A stretch of 64,000 bases of DNA from Gordius albopunctatus (lineage: Eukaryota): NCBI GenBank assembly GCA_964276515.1, contig OZ193909.1, forward strand, positions 16,864,001 through 16,928,000, written 5' to 3'. The translations under genes and the position numbers were made by a program. Positions 37,743 through 48,681 of this stretch are shown in pieces. Below the pieces are notes generated by a model. The model saw only the letters and a list, made by a program, of their open reading frames with translations. It did not search any database and was not told the origin of the DNA. Position 1 is the first letter of the stretch. Each line of letters opens with the position of its first letter.

Positions 37743-38276
37743 ATGGTCGCGACTCCAAGAACATTCGGCAAAGGACCAATCTTTATGGGGAGTAGCGGAA
37801 ATATAAAAGTTGTAGCGGAAAAAGAGGCACCCCCCGCCCAATTTTCGTCGGTGAGCAAATTTCTGGGCAACTTTAGAGGGCTAGCCACGGGGCAAATGGG
37901 TGGAAGCAATTCGCTATGTGACAACATGTACCCGTTATTGCTACTTATTCTAGCACTAATTATATTGTTTTATTTAATGATCGTATTCTTGAAACTTTGT
38001 TATTACTTGAAACGGGCCAAAAATAGAAGACCAGCTTACGGGGGAGCTAAAGATATGGGTGCTAGAGGGGGGCGAAAGAGAAGAGTTCGAAAACGAGCTC
38101 CAACTGCTTTTAGCAGTTCCATGAGTTCCCTAACTCCCCAACCAACCAATGCGGCTTTTCAAGGTAATCAAGGAGTTTTAGAACCACTTATCGCCCCGCC
38201 AAAGAAATCGGATGACGATGTTTCGGACAAAAATTTAGAAAGTGTGTTGGGAAGCAAATCGGAGAAGTCAATGTAG
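37743..38276 (+). CDS. Intronless orphan single-pass membrane protein, 177 aa
   Basis: 534-nt ORF, GC-richer than its flanks. A hydrophobic helix PLLLLILALIILFYLMIVFL is followed by KLCYYLKRAKNRR and a basic cluster. No recognised family and no TE signature. Confidence 0.55.
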   Translation: MVATPRTFGKGPIFMGSSGNIKVVAEKEAPPAQFSSVSKFLGNFRGLATGQMGGSNSLCDNMYPLLLLILALIILFYLMIVFLKLCYYLKRAKNRRPAYGGAKDMGARGGRKRRVRKRAPTAFSSSMSSLTPQPTNAAFQGNQGVLEPLIAPPKKSDDDVSDKNLESVLGSKSEKSM

Positions 38277-40146
38277 AATTGAATTTTATAACGCGTTTAA
38301 AAAAACGATATCTAAAAAGTTGTTACTTTGACTATCGCTCTAATTGTTATTACAGATCATGTATGTAACAAGAACACATGCAAGCGCTCTAGGTGTATAC
38401 AAGCTTATAAAAATTTCTTAAATCTAGTTTAACAACCTATCTTGGCAGAGTAAAAATAAAATAGGGAAATTCTTGTTATCATGGTTTTAAAAAGGTAACG
38501 ATAAGCATCCTTTAACACTTAAATTTTTATGGTAGGGAGTTTAAAACACAGATATAATTTAGTCTTACATATAAAGGTAAAAATTTCTATTACTTTAACT
38601 TAAATTAATCCTAACAATAATTTTTAACGACTTTGGCTGGCCCAATTAAAATGTATTAGGATCTATTCAAAAAATGTCTGAAATATGTAATTTTTGAATT
38701 TTTATGGAAAAATTGCATTTAACAAAAACAATTTATTGACAATTAATTCATCTAAGCGATCTAATGTTTATTCAGATAAGAACATCCATAAGCATGGAAT
38801 CTTAAAGTGTTGACTCTTTTTTTAAAATTAACGTGCGAGTTCAATAATAAACGATGAATTTATGGGACCTTTCCCTACTAATGACGTAACAATATTTTTT
38901 TATAAATTATTAAATATTTGGACTGCATAGAATAAAAAGAGATGAAATTGGCCTGTTCTCCTGTTCTTTATATCCCTGTTACAGTTTTACATTACACTCC
39001 ATTGGACTTACGATAAATTTAGCGAGATATTTGATATTACTTCGTCAACGAGTGTAAATTGCAAGTTTATAACAAAACTTAATATGGTATTTAACGGGTA
39101 ATTTTTATTTAAAAGCAATTATAAGGTTCTTAACATTAATAACATTTCAACAAATTAATAAAATGTACGAGTGCTGCAATTTAAATAAGTAAACTTTAAT
39201 TAATGCCATCAAGTGGCGATTTTAACCAGAAACTAATTTGGCCTAATAAATCACTATCATTTTTTTAGGGTTTGCCTTGAAAATATTATAAGCCGTCATA
39301 TTTCTCATCTCTCATATATATATAACAAAAATTAAACCTTATATTGGAGCTGTTCATATTTAATGTATATCAATTAAAAAAATGTAACATTTTATGAGTC
39401 ACATGCATATGCATGCTTATAGGAATAGGCAAAGCAGTCTCTAATTAAACTCACTCCTAGATGGCAGTAATTCTAGTATACATAATATTTTTTATAGTGC
39501 GGCTAGAGTACATCGGGTTATTTATTATCTTGTTGCATTATAAACAAACCTCAATAATTATTAATTAATTTGAAAATATAATAACATACGTCTATAATAA
39601 AAATAGCCCACAATCGGACCAATATTTTTCATAAAGAAGTTTAAGCTGAATGATATGTTTATAACTTTTCCCAAATGATCCACATTATTAGATAAACGAA
39701 GTTAAAGGTGCAAAAAATGTCCTTTTTAAATTTTTTATTACTATAAATGTGAGCCATTTAAATTATTTTTCATTAAATAACTAGATCTGCCCGGCCAAGC
39801 GTTGCTTTAGTTTCGTCCTTAATTTTTTTTTTTTTAAATTGACATGCTTTATTAAATAAAAAGTATTAAATATTGAGTGGAATTAATAATTAGTATGAAT
39901 TAAAACATTTACGGGAAATTGTTGGGTCAATCGTTTATGATGTAAAAAAATATAGGAAAAGGCATACTTATTCATAATTAAATAGATTTGTAATAGTTTA
40001 AAATACTTATAATTTGTAATAGTTTAAAATACTTATAAGGTATTTGTTAATTTTGTGCATAGTTGGGTAACAAAAATTTATAAACCACTGCAATGGTGTA
40101 TCGAAGTTAGTTATAATGTCCGACATGTATAGAAAATATTTTAGTA

Positions 40147-41088
40147 GGGGGGACCGGGGATAGTCGTAGCCCGGGCTTACTATTATTTTTGTAATTATTT
40201 TTAAAAATAATAATGATATATTATTAAAATTTAAACCATATGTGTATGTTTTTATAAGGTATAAGTAAAAAATCGTTTGTTTAGAAAAAATAAAATTAAA
40301 AATTTTTATGGATAAAAAACAATTTTTCGGGGCTATTAGTAGCCTTGACAAAATTTTGTATTTTGCACATACATTTTTTTGGCTCTATATTTTGGACTAA
40401 TTTAAGTTTTATCTTATAAAGGAATATTTTTTATATAAAAACCGCCTAATGATTACATTTTTATTCGCGATATAACATGTTCAATTATTAATTGTTCATA
40501 AAAATAGGGGTCAGGGCTAGTCGGAGAGGGGCTAGTTATAGCCATTTTTCACTGGGCCTTACAAATGAAAAAATTTAAAAAACAAAAATCTTGTTTATAA
40601 TTCAACTTAGTGTAATTAGGAATAGAAATAGACTATGATTATACTTAAAAAACGACTAAAATTTTTTTTACATAGCAGAAAATGTCTTTTAGGTGTACTT
40701 ACGTCAGATTGTCATCTTGAACCTTTTTTTATTTTTATTATATAAAATACAATCATATTAAATTTAAATTTTCTATGTTTTATATAATGTAACAATATTT
40801 GTATTGATTTAAGTTAGCATACACTATTAAGAAGTTAAAACGTCAGGGTTAATCTATCCCCTGAACAGAGCTATAATTAACCCCGGGCATTTTTGAAATT
40901 TTTAGGATTTTTGATTTTTTTGAACTCAATTTATAAAAAAAACTATACGCTCTTTTTTCTCAATTTTCTTTCCTATAATAGAAATAGACTATAAAAATGT
41001 ATTCCAATAAAAAAATTATAAAAATCTTCATTAGTTTTTATTTTAAAGTGGTTTAATTTTTAATGGCTATTTAGGCCCCGGTCTCCCC
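40147..41088. mobile_element. Non-autonomous DNA transposon (GGGGAGACCGGGG TIR)
   Basis: TA|GGGGGGACCGGGG...CCCCGGTCTCCCC|TA; a further end of this family lies at ~2886. Confidence 0.7.
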
Positions 41089-42375
41089 TACAGCGTTTAT
41101 ATTAGTGTAATGTCATAGCATAAAATCTATAGCATCGTAATGAAGAGAGATCTCCTTCAAATTTGGTTAAGTGAAGGCTTTTATTATATTTGGTTGAGAT
41201 CAGAAATAATTAAAAATTATACAAATTTCCGCGAGTATAATGGAAGTGAAATATTTATGAATGAGAAAAAAAGTTAGAAATAAAGTTATATCGTTATAGC
41301 TAGTAAAACATTGATCAGGTGAAGGTGTTATAGGTGAGGTATGAATATAATAAAAACAAGTAGTAAATGACTTAAAAGTATAAAGTAAAAAATTTGATAT
41401 AATAAGTTTAGACCTGCGCTGCGAGTGTAGTTAACGTGTTTAAAAAGGGACTTATGGTGTATTTATAAGGGTAGCCAGCATTGTAATTAGAGGGGGGGGG
41501 GCAATAATGATTTTGGCAGAAGTAAAAAGATAATTTTTTGAAGTATTAAACATAATTTTAATAAATTAAAAAAAATTGATTTGGACGGGGGGCAGCCATC
41601 CTTCCCTGCTTCCCTCTGGGTACGCCCATGGGTACATTAATATTTACTGTTTTCACTTTACCTGAGAGATGTTAAGATATGCCCGACCAGTCGGGCCAGA
41701 TGCTTAAATTTACCTAAAAATAAGTTTGAATAAGAATAAAACTGTGAGATTGTTATGGTTGGTGGGGAAGAAACATATTGGTATTGATAGATAGGCTAAA
41801 ATGAAGATATATACAGCTATAACCGTTATGGAGTTATAAAATTTATAAATGCACATGTCCAGTAAAAATCGTGGCTTCTTCAACGTTGCACATCAAGCGT
41901 TTAACAGCGAGACGTAAGCAAGCAAAATCTTATTGTAAATGTCTTTTTGTTGCGTCGCTATCATTGGAACATTAGATCGGAACAAAAGATTATCTTGGTT
42001 GTATTTTTGTTTACGATGTTAGTTTATATAAAATGGAGCAGCAGCAGATCGACATAATGCAGGCATACCTAGTTGATTCAAAGCTTTTTTTCGAATTTGT
42101 AAGTATAAATCTTATATTCTTCATAGATATATTTTCAGGAATTGTCGAGGTTGTTAAAAAATTATTGTAGTTAATATAATATTTTGTCCTCATATTTTGT
42201 AGCATTTGATCCATGTTTATATAGTGCGATGTATACTTTTTGTAGCAAATGACAGCCCAGGTTTTTTTTATTAAAAAGTTTATTTGTTGAAAATCCGTTG
42301 ACAGTAATATAATATAAATACATAAAATATAAAAGACAAAATGCACCAACATTCTCGCAGTTTTTGCTACTGAGC

Positions 42376-45300
42376 AATGTACGTCAAAATTAGCCGGGAT
42401 GGCCGATCAAATAGCTGAGGCAAATCAGAGCAACACCATACATAGCTTATCTATTAACAATGAAATTTCAAGCCTAAAAGAGATGGTGAAGAAATTATCA
42501 CTGGAAGTCCAGAAACTATCGGCAAATTTTGCCAGGTCCCCTACTCGGCCGTTTCCCCCCCCCCCCCTATAACTCACGTCGCTCTCTTTCCCCTAATTAT
42601 AATAACGCCAGCGACGTGTGCTGGTACCATAAAAATTTTAAAAACAACGCCAAAAAATGTACTCCTCCTTGCTCCTTCGCGTCCCGATTTTCGACAAACG
42701 CCTAGACCAGCCGGGAAAGGCGACGCCTGAGCTCGGTAATAATCATCGTAGTCGCCTATTTTATATCATTGACAAACTTTCCGGACACCGTTGGGTCGTC
42801 GATACCGGCGCGGACATCAGCGTCCTGCCAGCTAAATCAAGTCAAAGTTCCCTACCTGCCCCTTTTCAATTACAAGCTGCCAACAACAGCTGTATCAAAA
42901 CCTACCGTCAAATTCCTTTGTCGCTTGATCTCGGTTTACGAAAAACGTTCAGGTGGTTATTTACGATCGCAGTCGACCATCCCAAAATAGCTGGGCTTCT
43001 CCTTTGCATATGGTTCCGAAAAAGACTAAAGGGTGATTGGCGACCCTGTGGAGATTATCGTCACCTAAACAATCAGACGATTCCGAATCGTTATCCCCTA
43101 CCCCACATCCATGATTTCTCAATGAACCTAGCTGGAACCACAATATTTAGCAAGCTTGATTTAATACGGGCGTATCATCAGATCCCCGTTGCTCCCCAGG
43201 ATATTCACAAAAACGGCGGTGATAACATCATTTGGACTCTATGATTTCTTGAGGATGCCATTCGGTTTGCGGAATGCGGCTCAAACGTTCCAGCGTTTCA
43301 TTGATCAAGCTTTCCGAGGATTTCCTTTTACTTTTGCATACCTGGATGATGTTTTGGTCGCAAGCAAGTCTAGGGAAGAGCATGTTCATCATCTCCGTCA
43401 GGTATTCACACGGCTAAAACAATATGACTTAAAAATCAACACTAGCAAATGTCAATGGGGGCTAAGTACGGTAGATTTTTTGGGAAATAAGGTTTCTCCG
43501 ACGGGTTTAGCTCCACTACCAGAGAAAGTTAAAACGATAGAAAATTTTTTTATTCCTAGATCTATGACGCAACTTAGAAGGTTTATAGGCATGTTAAATT
43601 TTTCTCGACGTTTCATTCCCCAGTGTGCTCACCTCCTTAAGCCACTAACCGACTTGCTGGACGATAAAAAAGTACCAATCGTCATGACGAAAAACTCTAT
43701 AGACGCTTTTGAGAAGTCAAAAGGAGCTCTTGCTGACGTCACACATTTGGCACACATTGAGGAGGGTGCAACTCTTTCGTTGACAACGGACGCTTCAAAC
43801 GCAGCTGTAGGAGCCGTCCTCAATCAAATGAAAGGTGGTAAAACTAGCCCTATAGCTTTTTATTCGGAAAAACTTACGCCGGCACAAGGCCGTTACAGTA
43901 CTTTTGGACGGGAGCTACTTGCCATTTATTTGTCAATAAAACATTTTAGGCATCAACTTGAAGGTCGTGACTTTGCAGTTTATACTGACCATAAGCCTTT
44001 GACCCATGCCTTGTTTTCCACACCTGACAGGTATTCCCCCCGAGAAACTAGATTACATATCGCAGTTTACGTCAGATATTAGGTTTATCCGTGGCCATAC
44101 TAATATTGTAGCCGACACGTTGTCCCGCGTGGACATAGACAGCATTCACCTTGAAAGTTTATCTTTAGAGCAGATAACTAGATCTCAAAAATTCGAATTT
44201 CACAGCCCCGACCAGCTTTCGTCGCTTAAAATTTCCGATTTCCCTATTCCAGGTTCAAATTTGACGATTAAATGTGACACATCTTGCGCCACACCACGCC
44301 CGGTTATACCTACTTCGATGACGCGAAAGGTGTTCGACCTCATACATAACCTCGCTCATCCCGGAATCCTTGGAACCCTAAAGTTGGTAGCTAAACGATT
44401 CGTATGGCCACAGATAAATAAAGACGTACGGTCGTGGGCAAGGCAATGCCTTCAATGTCAAAAGTGTAAGGTCAACAAACGCACTATCACAACCCCTGGT
44501 AGTTTTGCCAATCCGGATGCACGATTCAGCCATGTGCATCTTGATTTAGTCGGCCCTTTACCACCTGCTAATGGCTATACCTACTTGGTTACGGCTGTCG
44601 ACAGATTTACCCGTTGGCCAATTGCAGTGCCCATAGCTAAAATTACCGCTGAAAATGTGGCCCAGGAGTTTGTTAAACACTGGATATCAAATTATGGAGT
44701 TCCAGTAACGATTACTACTGATAGGGGGGTGCAATTTGAGTCTAGACTTTTTTCCGAGTTGGCACGTCTTTTGGGTTTTCATCACAGTAGGACTACAGTT
44801 TATCACCCGCAATCTAACGGAATGGTCGAACGTTTTCACAGGCAGCTTAAGGTAGCCTCAAAGCCCAAGGTGATACAACGAAATGGGATGAGCTAGTTCC
44901 GCTGGTTAGGTTAGGAATTAGGTCGGCTATCAAACAAGATATTGGTTGTTCAGCGGCCGAGCTGGTTTACGGGACAACGTTGCGTCTTCCAGGTAAATTT
45001 TTCGAACGATCAAAAAAGGCCATCGATATTCCCGAATACATCAATCGTCTTAAAAATCATTTTGCTAACCTACCATTTCATCCAATTCGCCCTCATGCTA
45101 CCACCACTCCAAATTTGTCTAATGCCTTAAAACAAGTAATTTCGTTTTTATACGCAACGATGAATCCAGCAAAGGTTTGTACGTTGCGTTCAATGGGCCC
45201 ATCAAGGTGCTTAGGAGGTATGATAGGTATTATGTGGTGGAGAAGAACGGTAAGGCTGAGACCATTTCAATCGACAGGATAAAGCCAGCACATTTAGATT

Positions 45301-45742
45301 CCGACCCGGACGTTAGTTCATAATCATCTACGCCGCAAACGGGCAAGGCGGAAGCTGTTTCAGCCGGCATGTCTAAGTTGCCACGTTCGGTTCCTAATTA
45401 AGACAGTAGTTTATCAGCATCCCCCCAGCAAATTAAGTACACTAGTAAAAGCGAGCGGAACGTTCATTTGCCAAGGAAGATATCAGAGTTCATCTAACAC
45501 TCCGTATTTAGGAAGGTGAGTAATGTGGTGAGCTGCGTAGTTTATATATGTATATTTGTGTCATTTATTGTGTAACTTCGATATTCCTTGTGTTGTATGT
45601 GTACCACCAGCTGTTAACGAATTGCGCGTGATATACTACTAATTTCCTTTCCGCGATTATCAACAATCATTATCCTTCGACTCGATGATTCTAAATATCT
45701 TTATTTAAATAAACTATGACTAAATCAAATCAACGTACTACA
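42376..45742 (+). mobile_element. Defective Ty3/Gypsy element, CsRn1-like clade (5' LTR missing)
   Basis: Gag end LAGMADQI...[18 protein letters not shown]; protease [23 protein letters not shown]; RNase H TDAS, YTDHKPL; integrase HPG..C..C, HLDLVGP, TDRG, GMVERFH. Several frameshifts and a PR-RT deletion. PPT-like tract followed by 3' LTR TG..CA at 45524-45742. Confidence 0.92.
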
Positions 45743-46034
45743 ATAGGCCCCTAAATACAGAAGAAGTGCTTACACTTTTAGAATCAAATAGTAGTTTAAT
45801 GAGTACTTTTAGAATCAAATAGTAGTTTAATGAGTGTTATATATTGTAATATTATATTGTAATATTGTATTTTAATCTTATTTGATAATTTCGGTTCGTA
45901 TTTTATAGATACCCTTTGTCTGGAATATCATATATAATTCCATTTCCATATGTTTTAGCGTCATTGTTTTATCGAGCTATCCAATAAATTTATGTTATAA
46001 TTTCCAGTTGTAATATTGGCGCTGCGAATTAAAG

Positions 46035-47174
46035 ATGACTGCAGAACCTGATTATTCTAAATTGAAAAAGATATCCCTTAAGGAATTTGATTCCAGCTGC
46101 GAGAATATCGAAGATTATTTAGATTACGTGGGCGCTCGCCTTGATATTATAGGACTTTCATCCGATTTGGCAAGGAAAAAGTTGATCAGAGCATTTCTAG
46201 GCACGGCCAATTTAAGGAAACTGTCTCAAATTTTATATCCTAAACTTTTTAAAGATGCCATATGGGATGAAATCGTCTCGGCTTTGCGTAAAGTATTTAA
46301 AAAGACAACTTCGGCATTTGCGGCGAGAATGGAACTGATGCGATCGAAAAGAGCTTCAGGTGAATCGGTTTTGGATTTTTATCGAAGAATCAATTCTATA
46401 GTGCTGGATTGCAACTTCAAGGTAGACATAGAGGCAAGTATTCGGGATCAGCTGATTTTTGGAGTGGATATTCAACGGTTGGAACTCGAAATTCGGACTA
46501 ATTTTTCCAATTGTGAGGAGAAGGACGGAAGTCCTCTAACATTGGAGAAGGTGCTAGACATGGCACTAACGATAGAAAGAGCTGAGAAGGAGACCCAGGA
46601 AAATATTCCTATGGTTCAAAAGATATCGAGGACGCAAGGTGACAAGTCTTTTAAATCCGACAAGAGTTTTAAATGGCAACGTTGCGACAGGAATCATCCT
46701 CCAAATCAGTGTCCTGCCTTCATGGCGTATTGTAGAAAGTGTAATAGGAGGGGACATTACGCTCGGTGTTGTAAAGACGATTCTAAGGTACAGCAAGTAT
46801 ATATAGCCGGAGAAGATAATGATGCCGGTTCTATGGATTCAATATGCCAGATTAATCGTCGAGGGCGTCGTGCCACGATTAGGGTGAAAATCAACGATCT
46901 CTGGACAGTGATGGATTTTGACACTGGGGCGCAGGTATCTGTAATTAATTTATCGTTATGGAAAGAAATCGGCCAGCCCGTACTTAGAAAGGCCATACCA
47001 CCTCTAGTATACGGTTGTACAGCCCTAGAGATATTGGGTGAATCAACGGTGAAGGTCCAGTTGGGAAAGCGAACGGAATTTTTAACAGTGGTAGTTAGCA
47101 AGGGTAAGGAGGTACCACATCCATCTCTCCGGATCAAAGATACAAGCCATTTTAGAAATAAAAAGACCCACTAA
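46035..47174 (+). CDS. Gypsy Gag (zinc knuckle) + aspartic protease
   Basis: IRDQLIFG, CPAF..CRKCNRRGHYARCC, MDFDTGAQVSVI; the frame is lost at the deletion junction (~47110). Confidence 0.85.
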   Translation: MTAEPDYSKLKKISLKEFDSSCENIEDYLDYVGARLDIIGLSSDLARKKLIRAFLGTANLRKLSQILYPKLFKDAIWDEIVSALRKVFKKTTSAFAARMELMRSKRASGESVLDFYRRINSIVLDCNFKVDIEASIRDQLIFGVDIQRLELEIRTNFSNCEEKDGSPLTLEKVLDMALTIERAEKETQENIPMVQKISRTQGDKSFKSDKSFKWQRCDRNHPPNQCPAFMAYCRKCNRRGHYARCCKDDSKVQQVYIAGEDNDAGSMDSICQINRRGRRATIRVKINDLWTVMDFDTGAQVSVINLSLWKEIGQPVLRKAIPPLVYGCTALEILGESTVKVQLGKRTEFLTVVVSKGKEVPHPSLRIKDTSHFRNKKTH

Positions 47175-47202
47175 TAGATCCGAGTTAAAATCTTTTCTTG
47201 GG

Positions 47203-48681
47203 ATGCTTTGCTATCAGGAAAAATTTATTCCTAGCCTTCACGGTATTTTATCACCATTACATCGACTTACGGGCACGAAATCTAGATGGGTATGGTCACA
47301 GGAGGAGGAACAAATATTTTTAAAAGCTAAATCGATTTTAAAGAATTGTAATACCTTAATTCCTTATTCACCAACCTTGCCCTTGGTGTTGGAAACCGAC
47401 GCTTCTGATAAAGGATTTGGGGCGGTGTTGTCACATGCACTTGATGCTGGACTATTGCGCCCTATTGCGTATGCTTCGAGAACACTTTCCAATGCCGAGG
47501 AAAGTTATGCTACTATTGATAAGGAAGCCAAGGCCATACTATGGGCGGTCCAAAAATTTCACACTTACCTTTATGGAAGGAAATTTATCATGAGAACGGA
47601 TCATAAACCTTTAGTGCGATTGTTTGGGGAAAATAGGGATCTTCCGAGAATAGTAAATAATAGATTGATGCGCTGGGCTTATCAGCTATCAGCATACGAT
47701 TTTTCATTGGAGTACATCGAAGGCAAACAGAATAAAGTAGCTGACGCACTTTCAAGGGCGCCTTTACCTCTTACAGAAGATATTCACAACAGTGATGATT
47801 TATCAATGTTTAGGATCAAAAACATCATCCTTAATGATTTATCAATATCGGGAAAGACTATTGGTGAAGAAACACATAAGGATTTTAAACTGCGTAAAAT
47901 AAAGAACTTTATAAACAAAAGTTGGCCCTCACGCATAGAGGATATTCCACAAGAATTGGGGGTATTTTATAATCGCAGAGCAGAGCTAAGCTGTGAAAAC
48001 AATTTATTATTTATGGATGGGCGGATTGTTATACCGCAATCCCTTCAGCAGCGAGTATTTATAAATTTGCATAAAGGCCACCCCGGAATATCGGCTATGA
48101 AATCTATCGCTAGGTTCTATTGCTGGTGGCCTCAACTGAGTTCTGAGATTGAAAATTTTGTGAATGCTTGTAAAGCATGTCAACAGAATCGCGGGGAAGC
48201 AAATGAAGTTCCATTGTTTTCATGGAATGTCCCCGAGTTTCCTTGGGAAAGAATTCACATCGATTTTGCGGGACCAATCGATGGTTACTCCTGGTTAATA
48301 GTAGTTGATGGATTTTCAAAATGTATGGATGTTGAGCTCTTACAGCCAACAACTCAGGTCTCTCTTCGAACTCTTAGGAAGTGGTTTGCCCTGTACGGTG
48401 TCCCTAGACAAATTGTATCAGATAACGGACCCCAATTCACGGGGTTAGATTTTCATAATTATTGCAAGGAGAATAATATCATTCATATAAAATCTTCCCC
48501 GTATCATCCTAAGACTAACGGGTTGGCAGAGAGAGGAATTCAAACTTTGAAGAAAAGGTACGCGGCTACCAAAATGCAGAAGACGAGCCCTCATGAATGT
48601 TTGTCAGAGGTATTGATGACTTACCGAATAAGCACTTTAAATTCAACTAATGTTTGGACGACATATGAAAACGGCCTGTGA
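47203..48681 (+). CDS. Gypsy Pol fragment: RT connection, RNase H and integrase
   Basis: ETDASDKG, IDKEAKAI, TDHKPL, VADALSR, LHKGHPG..C..C, IHIDFAGP, SDNGPQF, NGLAER. Confidence 0.85.
   Translation: MLCYQEKFIPSLHGILSPLHRLTGTKSRWVWSQEEEQIFLKAKSILKNCNTLIPYSPTLPLVLETDASDKGFGAVLSHALDAGLLRPIAYASRTLSNAEESYATIDKEAKAILWAVQKFHTYLYGRKFIMRTDHKPLVRLFGENRDLPRIVNNRLMRWAYQLSAYDFSLEYIEGKQNKVADALSRAPLPLTEDIHNSDDLSMFRIKNIILNDLSISGKTIGEETHKDFKLRKIKNFINKSWPSRIEDIPQELGVFYNRRAELSCENNLLFMDGRIVIPQSLQQRVFINLHKGHPGISAMKSIARFYCWWPQLSSEIENFVNACKACQQNRGEANEVPLFSWNVPEFPWERIHIDFAGPIDGYSWLIVVDGFSKCMDVELLQPTTQVSLRTLRKWFALYGVPRQIVSDNGPQFTGLDFHNYCKENNIIHIKSSPYHPKTNGLAERGIQTLKKRYAATKMQKTSPHECLSEVLMTYRISTLNSTNVWTTYENGL

Noticed and set aside
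41791..41795. ATAGG as the left TSD of the CsRn1-like element
   Set aside because: No 5' LTR follows it; probably chance.
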